From assembly GCF_009914755.1 (NCBI RefSeq), contig NC_060928.1: a stretch of 64,000 nucleotides of DNA; one strand, 5' to 3'. A program made the position numbers and the translations under genes. The stretch comes from the human T2T-CHM13v2.0 reference genome, Homo sapiens. Below are positions 17,065-34,020 of the stretch, piece by piece. Position 1 is the stretch's first letter; every line of letters begins with the position of its first letter. The notes under the pieces are model-generated. The model ran no database searches. It had not been told where the DNA came from and saw only the letters and a list, made by a program, of their open reading frames with translations.

Positions 17065-17652
17065 TGTATTAGTTACCTATTGCTGCATTAAAAATCACCT
17101 CATAACTTAAATACTTAAAGCAACAACTATTATTATCTCACAGTTTCTTTGAGTCAGAAATTCAGTGTGGCTTAACTGGGTGCCTCTGCTTCAAGTCTCT
17201 CACAAGTCTACAATTAAGGTGTTGTCTGGGGCTGCAGTCTCATCTAAAGGCTCAACTGAGGAAGAATACTTTTCCAGGCTCACTCATGGTTATTGGCAGA
17301 TTCAGTCCCTTGTGGGCTATTGGACTGAGAGCCTCAGTATCTTGTTAGATATTGGCCAGAGGATTTTCTCAGTTCCTTAACACATTTTGGGCCTATCCAT
17401 AGGGCAGTTCACAATATAACAGCAGGCCTCCCTCAGAGCAAGTAAGCAAGAGAGTTAAGGACAGCACGCAAGATGGAAATCACAGTCAATTTGTAACCTA
17501 ATTTCAGAAGTGACATCCCATCCCTCCTATCATATTCTATTTATTAGAAGCAAGTCATTAGGTCCAGACCACACTCAAGGGAAGGGGATTGCACAAGGGT
17601 ATGAACACCAAGAGGTAGGTTACTGGGGGCCTTCTTATAGGCTGCGTACCAC
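17065..17652 (-). mobile_element. MLT1F/G/H-type solo LTR
   Basis: tgtattagttacctattgctgc...gcttaactggg...ggctgcgtaccaca termini. Confidence 0.7.
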
Positions 17653-17744
17653 AACTCATTTAACTTTTCCATAAACCCTTGGTATGTGAGAACTATTTGA
17701 TCTACAAGTCACAGGTGAGGAAATTAAATCAAGAAAACCTCAAA

Positions 17745-22286
<4,542 letters not shown>

Positions 22287-22383
22287 AGAAAAGAATGTAT
22301 CCAAAAAGAAATTGAAACCAGAAGAAATGGAATGTATAAGTAATGGGGAACAAAGAAAAAATGGTAAATGTTATTAAGTTTAA

Positions 22384-22720
<337 letters not shown>

Positions 22721-22744
22721 TAATTTAAATTCTAGTTAAGAAGG

Positions 22745-23122
22745 GGATATGGTTTGGCTGTGTTTCCATCCAAATCTTATCTTGAATTGTAGTTCCCATA
22801 ATTCTCACATGTCATGGGAAAGACCTGGTGGGGAGTAATTGAATCATGGGGTTGGTTACCCTCTTGCTGTTCTCGTGATAGTGAGTAAGTTCTCATGACA
22901 TCTGATGGTTTTATAAAGGGCTTTTCCCCCTTTTGCTTGGCACTTCTCCTTCCTGCCACCATGTGAAGAAAGACAGGTTTGCTTCCCCTTCCGCTATGAT
23001 TGTAAGTTTCCTGAGACCTCCTCAGCCATGCTGAACTGTGAGTCAATTAAACCTCTTTTCTTTATAAATTACTCAGTCTTGGATATGTCTTTATTGGCAG
23101 TGTGAGAATGGACTAATATACA
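22745..23122 (+). mobile_element. THE1 (C/D type) solo LTR
   Basis: gatatggtttggctgtg...tttataaaggg...gagtcaattaaacctcttttc...ggactaata. Confidence 0.85.
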
Positions 23123-23166
23123 TGGAAAATGGATAAGGAGATAGTTTAAAGTTAACTTATTCTGGG

Positions 23167-23510
<344 letters not shown>

Positions 23511-23692
23511 TTACTATTTTAAATAATGCTACTAATAAAATTTTCATACAGATAGCCTTCTCCCTACTTTTGTTTGATTCAGTTTAATTCCTCAGTATAA
23601 ATTCCTAGGAATAGGAATTAGTACATATAAATATTTTTAAGGTTTTCAATACAGCTGGACAAATCCATGCTCTACCTGAGTGGCTTTCCTAA

Positions 23693-24051
<359 letters not shown>

Positions 24052-24230
24052 AGGATTTAGAAATGTTCTTAACCTTAATTCTGCCTCCAGGAATAGATCT
24101 CCAAAAGAAAATAAATTGACACAGTGAATGTTTATCAAATAACTATAATAAAGAAAACATGGACAAGAAATAAATCTCAAACAACAAAAGACAGGTTATT
24201 ACAGCACATTTCACAATGGAATACTGTGTG

Positions 24231-24524
24231 ACCATTGCACAGTGGCACGTGCCTGTAGTCCCAGCTACCGGTGAGGCAAAGTTGAGCTGGGAGGGTTACC
24301 TGAGCTCAGGAGCTCTGGGCTGTAATACACTATATAATCATCTATCTGCACCAAGTTCAACATTAATATGGAGCAAGGACCACCAGGTTGCCTAAGAAGG
24401 CATGAATCAACCCAGGTCAAAAACCAAGCAGGTCAAAATTCTCATGCTGATCAGTAGTAGGATCACACCTGTGAATAGCCACTGCACTCCAGCCTGGGCA
24501 GCATAGCGAGACCCCCATCTCTTT
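24231..24524 (+). pseudogene. 7SL (SRP RNA) retropseudogene
   Basis: Alu-domain ends plus the S domain absent from Alus: gaccaccaggttgcctaagaagg...cccaggtcaaaaaccaagcaggtcaaaattctcatgctgatcagtagtaggatcacacctgtgaatagccactgcactccagcctggg. Many substitutions. Confidence 0.9.
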
Positions 24525-24639
24525 TCTAAAAAATCAGAATTTAGAAGAGTATTTAATAATATGAAGAAATGTTCACATTGTATCTTTAATGAGAAAGTAG
24601 ATTTATAAAACACCATGTATATTATAATCTCATGATATT

Positions 24640-24775
24640 TATACATATGTGTGTATCATACATTTATTTGTGTGTATATATGTATATCTGTGTATTTATA
24701 TAGAGATATATATAATCACACATAAACATATAAATATTAAATAGCCATATGTATAGTATAATGATATATATGGTT
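24640..24775. repeat. (TA/TG)-rich low-complexity tract within an L1ME-like 3' relic
   Basis: Degenerate tatatgtgtg repeats. Confidence 0.6.
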
Positions 24776-24959
24776 AAATGCCAAATATTAATAATGTTAT
24801 CCCAGGAAAAAAGTAATGAGTGATTTTAATATCTCGAATTTTTTTGGCTTTTTTCACAAAGAACATATAGTACTTTTCTGGCCCAAAAAAAAGCAGTGAA
24901 AAGAAAAATGAGGCCAAATATTTCACTCTAGTTCAACTCGTCCTCATAGAAATGATACC

Positions 24960-25495
24960 CTGGTGGGCATTGGGTTGCCTACTCTCATCTGTACTTCCTT
25001 TTCCTTCATAAGGAACCCCAATTCGTTTAGGCACACAATCAAGAGCTTCATGATGAAGCTTTAAGCTTTGACCATCCCACCCCAAGTTCCAAGAGAAACC
25101 CTGATTGGTCTAAGGATAATCCCATTCTCCTTGCTAGTAGCAGAGTTAGCAATGGGCCACCTCTGACCAATGAACTGTGAGGTGAGATCTGAGGTAGGGG
25201 TGAGAGCTTCTGGGGATCATTTGCTTGCTTCTGAGAGAGAGCTCAGGATGAGATGGTATCTCTTCTTCCTCCAAATTTATGTGTTTTGACCAAATGCAGC
25301 CATTTTGCTCCCTGTGTGATGCTGAAACTGCCACTGAAGGCAGAAAAGCAAGAGCTTGGAAAGCCTGGGTCCTTGAAGGTTTCACTGAGCTGCTGATTTC
25401 AATAAGGCTGAAGCCCGTTCTACCTCCAGACTTCCTGCTTTGTGAGGTGATAAGTTTTCTTATTGTTAAAACCAGTAGTTCCCAACTTTTGCTAT
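24960..25495 (+). mobile_element. Old MaLR LTR (MLT1J/K-like)
   Basis: ctgattggtctaag...ctctgaccaatgaactgtgagg...gcagccatttt...ctacctccagacttc pattern. Confidence 0.5.
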
Positions 25496-27587
25496 GATTC
25501 AGAATCCCTAGGGGGATTTAAATAACACTGATCCCCAAGTTTTCCTAGTGTAAAGTCAGGGTCTTCAGAGGCCAAGCACTCTGAGTCAGGGTTTTCTGTT
25601 AGTGACATCAGAAAGCATCTTGACTGATATAGACACCTTTGAGGATATCTCCACCGTTTTTGTTGTTGTTGTTATTGTTGTTTTGGGTTTTTTTAAAACC
25701 TTCAAAGCAGAGATTTGTTTTGAGATTTTCACACCTAGGTTCCTCCTGGAACTGAGATCTTGGCTTCTAAAGTGCAGCATTATTGATTTCTTCTGTTTCC
25801 CGGGCATTTATAGCGAAACCCATCCAAAGCCAATTCCAGGTGACTTTGGATATTTGTAACACATTAAGGATTAAAGACGTGAAAGAACCTGCTTAGTCAT
25901 TTAATAAAAGTATATATTTTATGTTTTCCAGAAATACTTTGTAAAGAGTTACCTTTTTACTGTATTTTTAGCAAATATTGAGTTTGGGTAGGACTGTCAA
26001 ATGAATACAGTATTTAAATATCTCATGGTTTTGGTTGGTACATTGTGGAAAGTACAGGCCTTTACAATCTTCATACCTTGAGTTTCTATAAATTCCCAAC
26101 AAACTTCAAAAAGTTTTTTTTATGCAAGTACATTCTTAAAATCATGTTTAGCAGAGGGCTGTTATAAATAGTACCTTTTTAAAAGAGAGTTCAACAAGCT
26201 CTCGGATATCTACTGCGGCATCAGTTCGTAATACACATCATTGAAAGTACCATATCTGAACAGTTGGTGGGTGCAACGGCATAACAAAGCTGTCTCTTGA
26301 GATAAATAGTAAAAAAAAAAAAAATCACAGAATCCCAAATGAGAATGACAACTCCAAACTGGCCCACCACTCTCTCTGCCCTGGCCCTGGGAGTACACTT
26401 GGCTGAGGAGACAACTATGCACCTTTCAGGCACTAACACTTCCCAGTCATGGCTGTACCATCAGCACAAGCTGTGGGCTACCAATAAAATATAATAAGCC
26501 AGACCCAAAAATCTCACGATCACTGTGGGAACCCGGTCAAGCCCACCATACTACTGATGGTTTTTGTGCCATTAAACAGCAAGTAAGTTAATAATTGCAG
26601 CAATTTATCTCAATGCTCCCTGCTGCTTTTAGTGCTTAACTCAAATATAACGTTCACCAGCTTCTGCCAGTAGGCAAGATGGAGAGCTTTATCAGAAAAA
26701 GTAAAGATCGCTTTGTGATTATTATTTTGCCTTAAGGCAAAGCTACCCTTAAGTGCCCCCACACAGCTCCTGGTGGGACGTTATCTCACGAAGGCTCTGG
26801 AAATGAGCACTATGGCATTTAGAAGATTTCCATCCATGCCTGCCCCACCCCACCCCCAACACACTTTTGAAAAATTGAATACGGTGCTGTCTTAAATCAC
26901 AGAAAATGGCAATTGATAAGATATAGAGTAAGCTATGTTTTCCTCCCAGCATAGCCTGGCTGACCTGGGCACTCCCTGTTCCAGACCTACCTGGTCCTTG
27001 CTTAGCCGCAAAGGCCACTTACTGTCTTGCCATTCTATGTCTATTGCTCACCTGGTATGTTAAATGTTCAGGACAGTCATACTGTCTCCACGTATGGACT
27101 CAGTGTATTACAATACAGAGCTTAATTCTTGCAGACTAAGAACCCAGCAGGTTGCAGAGGTCAGGAGTAGCCTGGGACTAACTTTTAATTGAGTGTCTGG
27201 TGGGAGAATCTCTCGTTGTTTAAGAGAAATCATTTAAGCTTCCACTTAAAGTGATTCTGTCCCTAGGTATTTTTTTTTCATCACATGTCAGTGGATTGAA
27301 GATTCAGATAGCATCTGACATCAGTGACATCACAGTTTGCCTCTAGTGAATGTAAATTGTATTTGCAAAGAAGATATTTTCAGTAGTCAAATATTTCTGA
27401 ATGAAAGATGCATGGAGAAGACCAGAAGAGAAAGAGAATGTGAACTTGCAAAAAGGTAGTATCTGTATAACAACCATCTCCCCAGAAGTAACTGCTGCTG
27501 CCCAGGCTCCCACACTCTCCAGAGAGCCTTCTACTGGAGGGCTAACTGGCCAATTCAAAGGAAAGAACCTTTCTCAAGATTTTACTT

Positions 27588-27957
<370 letters not shown>

Positions 27958-28359
27958 TAAATTTTAACTTGTGATAATCTCCCCAGCATCCCATCCCAAC
28001 TGTTGGTTATTTGCTTGAGAAGTCTCATTTCTATAAAATATTGAAGAAATCCAAAAATATGATAGCAAGTGCTTTTCACGACTGCTCTGTGCTTTCACCA
28101 TCTCAAAAAGTTCCCAAACAACGTAAAGTTAATTGTGACATAAAAGCCCCAATGAATTTCCAAAGATCAGGCTAGACCAGGCAAGAAATGATATATGAAA
28201 GAACATATTATTATAAGCTCTGTCGATACATCTTTGTCACTTATTTTTGGTTGGTCTTGATATCAACTGGAATCTGAAGAATGGCAGATTTTTCCACAAG
28301 GCATTGAGAAATGTTACTAATGAGCCCCAAATTATTTGTTACAATCATAAATTCTGAAA

Positions 28360-28580
28360 TCAGCTTCTGGAGTGAAAACCCAGATCTACTACTTACTAAC
28401 TATATAACTTTGGACACATTAAGTTAACATGTCTAAACCTCAGTTTCTTCATCTGTAAATTGGTGATAATATTAGTAGCTAGCTCATAGGGTTGTTGTGA
28501 GAAATACATTAGATAACAGATATGTAACTGTGTATTACTCTGCCTAGTGAAATTAGCTCTTAATAATCTTAGGTTATTAT
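28360..28580 (+). mobile_element. MIR
   Basis: Core cctcagtttcttcatctgtaaattggtgataat. Confidence 0.75.
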
Positions 28581-30471
28581 CATTTTTGTTATTATTGTTA
28601 ATATTAAATCAGTGGAAATGACATTGGCACATGAAGTGAAAGCCATTTAGCAACTGCTTGGCTAGAAATGGGACTTAGAGCCTCCAGACTGCTAACCCCA
28701 TGCAAAGCTACAGCTTTAATAGGCTTGCCCAGCATCCATTTGCTGTTCTGCAGGGGAAGCAACCTTCACCAGGATCCTCTAGCATTTCCATGCAACCTAA
28801 CATCAAAGTGCCAAACCCTGGAATTAGCAGAAAACACTGAGTGGCTGCCGTACTGAGCTAAGGCAGCTATGACTTCTTCAAAGCTGCCTTTTTTATGGAA
28901 ACAAAAGGCGCCAGGGCCCTTGGTCATTCATGGCTGTGGTTCCTCCATGTCCTGTTTCCTTAGGACCCCGTAAGATCACCCTCCTGATCCATCACTAGTT
29001 GCCATTCTAATGATCTATCAGGAAAAGATACCTGCCATTGATTCGGTTTCCCTGGGGTGGACTCACAGTAATTTATGAACCAGCCAGAGTGTCCTCTCCT
29101 TGCGGACTTAATACGCTTAACAGCTAATTACATCTGTGTAGGGATTACACTTTACATTGTCCAGCTTTATGAAAACAAACCCTGGGCTTCCTCAGATTCC
29201 GTTAAATAGCTCCTTATCTCTAAGGCTGTGATCCTTATCAGTGCCATATGTTTGAGCACCCGTGCAGTTTCCAAATGACTCCACGAACGTCTTCTAGGGT
29301 CTAATTAGTCTACAGGCTGAAGGACAGGCCTGAACAGGGTCTCATCCTGAACTAGAAACCAGCAGGCCAAAGCCAAGGGGGAAGATTCCTCCCTGCCTTC
29401 TATCCTCCATAAACCAGTCAAAGGTCAAGGGTCCAGACCCGGATGACCACATGTCAATTCTACTCACAAGGTGACCAGCATGTCCGATGTCAACCTTCAT
29501 ACAATGTGGAGCTTGGGTGCTCAAGTCCCAGAGGATCATGGGATATCTTTAGCCAAAGTCAAAGTGAAGTCTTTGTCCTTCCCAAGGATGCTGTGGGAGG
29601 ACTATTATAATAGTAACACTTGTGTTTAAAGGATAAACGTCTTTGGCTTTTTAACACAAGCTAGCTAAACCCTTCCAACCCCCAAGGAAACAAGTCAATG
29701 CTGCTGGCTTCCTTTTGCCACCATGGCAAGGGAGGTCTCCGCAGGGAAGCCAATTTGCCTCACATACTATTTTCTCAAGGCTTGGGAGATTCCCAGGCTT
29801 GGCAGACACTAAAAACACTCCTTCCCTTGGCTTATAACAATTCAGCTAAAGACCTTGTCTTAAGAAACTCATGCAAGGAGGTGATGCAGAGTGCAAAGAT
29901 CAGGAAATGTCTCCCTGTGTGAAGAGCCCGTAGCAGAGGGGCAGGCTGTAGCTTTCCAGCCTGTGACTCACAGAGTCACTTCCCTGCTTCCCCCATCCTG
30001 GACTCAGCTCCTTGGCCACTGTGTCTCAGCTCCTCTTCCTGTCTCCATTCCGCCCAGACCCCTGAACAAAGCAGAAGTCTGGAGTCCACGGCAAAGACTG
30101 AAGTGTTGTGTATATATTTGGGCGTCATCTGTGGAAGCAGCTATTTTGAAAACAAAAAATAACTTTCCTGCCCTCAGAAGAACTTGGTGGGCTCTTAGAA
30201 GTGTCTCATTTAACTGTTTGAGACAGAAAACTTGGTTATCACTCATTGGAAAAAGAGAGGCAGACAGAGTGCATTCATTTTCATTGATCTGTAATAATAG
30301 GTAAGGTGGCCCCTTGAGTTGGCCTGGTGGATAATTGCTCTGCTCTAGAGCCAAATGGCCCTGGGTTTGATTCCCCACTTGTGTGCCCTAGTCTTCTCAT
30401 CAGCGAAGTGGAGAAAACACATTTTCCTCATAGAATTATAGCAGAATTGACATCTTCACCACAGTGATTTT

Positions 30472-30582
30472 GCCTGGGCACTGTGGCTCACGCCTATAAT
30501 CCCAGCACTTTGAGAGGCCAAGGAGGATCACTTGAGGCCTGGGCAACATAGCAAGATCCCATCTCTACAAAAAAAAAAAAAA
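30472..30582 (+). mobile_element. Alu monomer (FLAM-like), internally deleted
   Basis: gcctgggcactgtggctcacgcctataatcccagc...A tail. Confidence 0.8.
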
Positions 30583-30587
30583 AGTAA

Positions 30588-30800
30588 GGCATTTATTGCT
30601 TATTATGTGCCAGGCACTGTCCTAAGTGCTTTACATACAGTATTTTATTGAATCCTCACAACAACCTTGTAAGGTGTGTTCTATTATTATCTCCACTTTA
30701 TTAATGAGGAAACTGAGGCTCTGAGAGGTTGAGTAAGTTGCACATGATCACACAGCCACTAAATGGTGGATTCAAACACAGGTCTGTCTCACTTGAGAGC
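30588..30800 (-). mobile_element. MIR
   Basis: tgtgccaggcactgt...atgaggaaactgaggctctgagaggttgagtaagttgc. Confidence 0.8.
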
Positions 30801-31511
30801 CCAGCTGCTTGGTGTCCAATATGCTGATGTAAAAGGGAACTTGAACTTGGAGGTCCCCTGGTCCAAATGCCTCCCTGAGTCCTTAACTCCTGGCAACTTC
30901 TTGACTCCTTCCCAACAGCCTTACAGAGCAACATCCTCTTACTCCAGAATGGGAAGAACCTGAAAGACATAAAGGAAAGGGCATGTGATTGGGAATCAGA
31001 TGACCCAGGGTCTACTATTCTCATGGTTTCTATCCGTTGTCTAACTTTGCCCTTTGGGAAGACAAAAAAACCCAGAATGCTTTCCTCGAAAACCTCTTCA
31101 TATATTGAAAGAGAGCCCTTGCCCTCAAATCTTCCCCTGTCTACTTCCAGCTTCCCAACCATTCTTTCTGTAAGACCACCCCGATCAGCCTCTACCAGGT
31201 ATGCTGCAGCTTGTCAAGTTAACCCTTAAATGTGAGCACGAGCATTGAGGGTCAGAATCCAAGGGGGTCTGACCAGTTTGTAGACAACAGGATAACTCAC
31301 TTTCTTGTCTCTACTTGTTTATCTAGTTATACAGTTGAAAATTTCCTTTGCTTCTTTGGAAACCCAATCATATTCTGAAAACACATTCAACAAAAGTCCC
31401 TAAGTACTTTTGTTCTTGCTGGTGTCAAGGAGGGCAGCTTAAAGGCACTAAAAATCAATTTGCTGAGAGTCAACTAGCTAAAATTCTATTCACCAAATGG
31501 CCAATTTTATC

Positions 31512-31602
31512 ATTGCATTCCACAGCTATTTATTTAGGGCCTACTATTGTCAGGCACTGTTCTAGGTGCTGGGCATAAAGCAGTCAACACAATAGACAAA
31601 AA
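31512..31602 (-). mobile_element. L2 3' end fragment
   Basis: tatttatttagggcctactattgtcaggcactgttctaggtgctggg. Confidence 0.65.
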
Positions 31603-33713
31603 CTTTCTAGAATTTCCCTGGCCACTTTTGAGTTTTTCTGATTCCTTTGGAATATCATTTTAAATTTTTTCAATATTTGGACATTTTTACCATTCTTTAC
31701 CATTCATTTTCAAGTCATTGAAAATGATAAAATATATTTATGAAAGGTTTAAGCCTGCATTCCTCAACTTTTGGAAAATTGAAACTTCCATAGATCCTGC
31801 TATGAAGGCAGAGTGAAAATCAATCCATAAAAACTTCATAGAAACCCTCAAGTTGCTATAAACTTTATAAATAATACTGAAGAATGTTGGTTTATTGATC
31901 AATTTAATTTGATGAGTTAGTCAGTAGGCAAATTGTTCATTTGACAACCTGACCTTTAGTAAATTGATCACTGGCTAATTGATTTTTGGCAAACTGACAT
32001 AACTAATTAGCAAACTAACCAACTTAAACCTGTTGCTAAGCCTGGTGTCCCACTCCAAAATTGGTGCAGAAATATCAAATAAATTTATTTGATGCAGCCT
32101 TTGAATCCTGACCAGTGAGCTCTTTCTGAGTCTTGACTGTTATACTTCAGCCTCCCCAGGCACCTGTCACCCAGCAATTTATTCTTCATGATATGAAAGT
32201 CTTTGTGCAGATCTTTAAACCAAAGGAACCAAGAAGAGCAGTACATTTCTTTGAAGGCCTCCATGCAGTTTGTTGAGGGCAGGTTAACTGACAATCTTTG
32301 AGAACTGTCTTTCAACAAGGTATGTCTACCACACTACGCTACCGCTAGCATCATCACATGAATATAAAAATAGCTAAGCTTTCTTGAATGCTTGCCACAT
32401 TTGAAGTAGTGTGCTACCTGCTTTACACACATCTCATTTAATCTTCATCCAGATGAGGAACATAAGACACAGATAGGTTAAGTAACTTGCTCAAGACCAC
32501 ATAGCTAGTGAGTAACACACTCTTTCCTCTGGAAGTTAGATGTTTATTACAACGCTGAGCTTTTGTGTTTAGTCATTGCTTAGTGGAATTATCCCATAGG
32601 TAAAGCTACCTTAAAGAAGGGAATGTTGAAGCCAAGACATACTGACTAAGACACTTAAAGGTCCAGGTCACCTTAATATGTACCTGTCATTTGGCTGATT
32701 GATTTATTATAGGATGAGTCAGCTCACTGCCTGCCATCAAGAGAGATCTCATCCTGGCTTTTATCTCAAGTAAGAACATGTCCCCCATGTCTTCAGTAGA
32801 CTGGATTCAATGCTGGTATATGTGACCTTTCATACTGAGGCTTCAAGCCTTAACTGCCCATCTTCACTTGTAACATGGTGATAACAGCACCTAATGCAAG
32901 GGCCTTTGCAAGGATTTAATGAGATAATATATGAGGCTCGATGCCTGGCATGTGGCAGATGATCAATAGCAGTTCTCCACCCTTCTAGCTGCTCATGTCT
33001 GAGTGACTGCAGAGCTACTTAGATGCCTATCACCATGAAATAGAGAGAAATAATGCAAATTAAGTACATTATATATATTTATTTTTAAATTCTATTATGC
33101 TGTGATTAAACTTGCTCCAGCATATCTGTTGTCCAAAATTAATGCTCACTGGTATTTTTTTAAGTGAGCATTATTAACTAATTTTGTAAGAGCCAACTTA
33201 CGAATGGATTCTGGCATAACATTTTGCTCCTTTGTCAAAGAAGCAATAAGCCTTCCTCCAGTACAAAGGGTCACAGGAAAAAAAGCTGGACCAAACTCTG
33301 AAATTCACTGATGAATAAGAAGATAAGAGAAGAATGAGGATGCTTTTTTCTCTCTTCATGACAGATCTTCAAGGTAATTTGCCAACCATATTAGACAGAG
33401 GAGCAGGGGAACAGCACAGCAATACATCATGATCTATCCACAATGATTGAATTGAGGGAAAATTCATTTCTGTTGACTCAAGTACAGGCTGCTGAAAAGA
33501 TTCTCAAGGTGATTTATACAGAAGTACCCTTTGCTTGGTGAAACAGGTGTATTTGTGAAGTGTTGTGTGTGTTGCTTGATAATGTTTTTGAAATCCCCAA
33601 GAAAAAAATCATTATATGAAACAATCCTTACTGAATAATTCCTAGTAAAACTAATGAGATGATAGAACGTATTCTTTCTGTACTCTGTATGTTCATCCAT
33701 TAGAAAAGTAAAA

Positions 33714-34020
33714 GGCAGCATGGGCACTGTGGCTCAAGCCTGTAATCCCAGCACTTTGGGAGGGCGAGGCGGATGGATCACTAGAGGTCAGGAGTTCAAG
33801 ACCAGCCTGGCCAAATTGGTGAAACCCTGTTCTACTAAAAATACAAAAATTAGCTGGGTATAGTGGCACACACCTATAATCCCAGCTACTCAGGAGGCTG
33901 AGGCAGGAGAATTGCTTGAACCTGGGGGGACGGAGGTTGCAGTGAGCTGAGATCACACTGCTGTACTCCAGCCCAGGTGACAGAGTGAGACCCTGTCTCA
34001 AAAAAAAAAAAAAAAAAAGA
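33714..34020 (+). mobile_element. AluSx-type
   Basis: Full dimer with A tail; aaagtaaaa on both sides. Confidence 0.9.

Noticed and set aside
24231-24524. Functional SRP RNA gene
   Set aside because: Many substitutions and indels, including the conserved S-domain loop region, and CpG decay indicate a retropseudogene.
25630-25655. DTFEDIS resembling KDR exon 28 KTFEDIP
   Set aside because: Five-residue match on the opposite strand with no extended homology.
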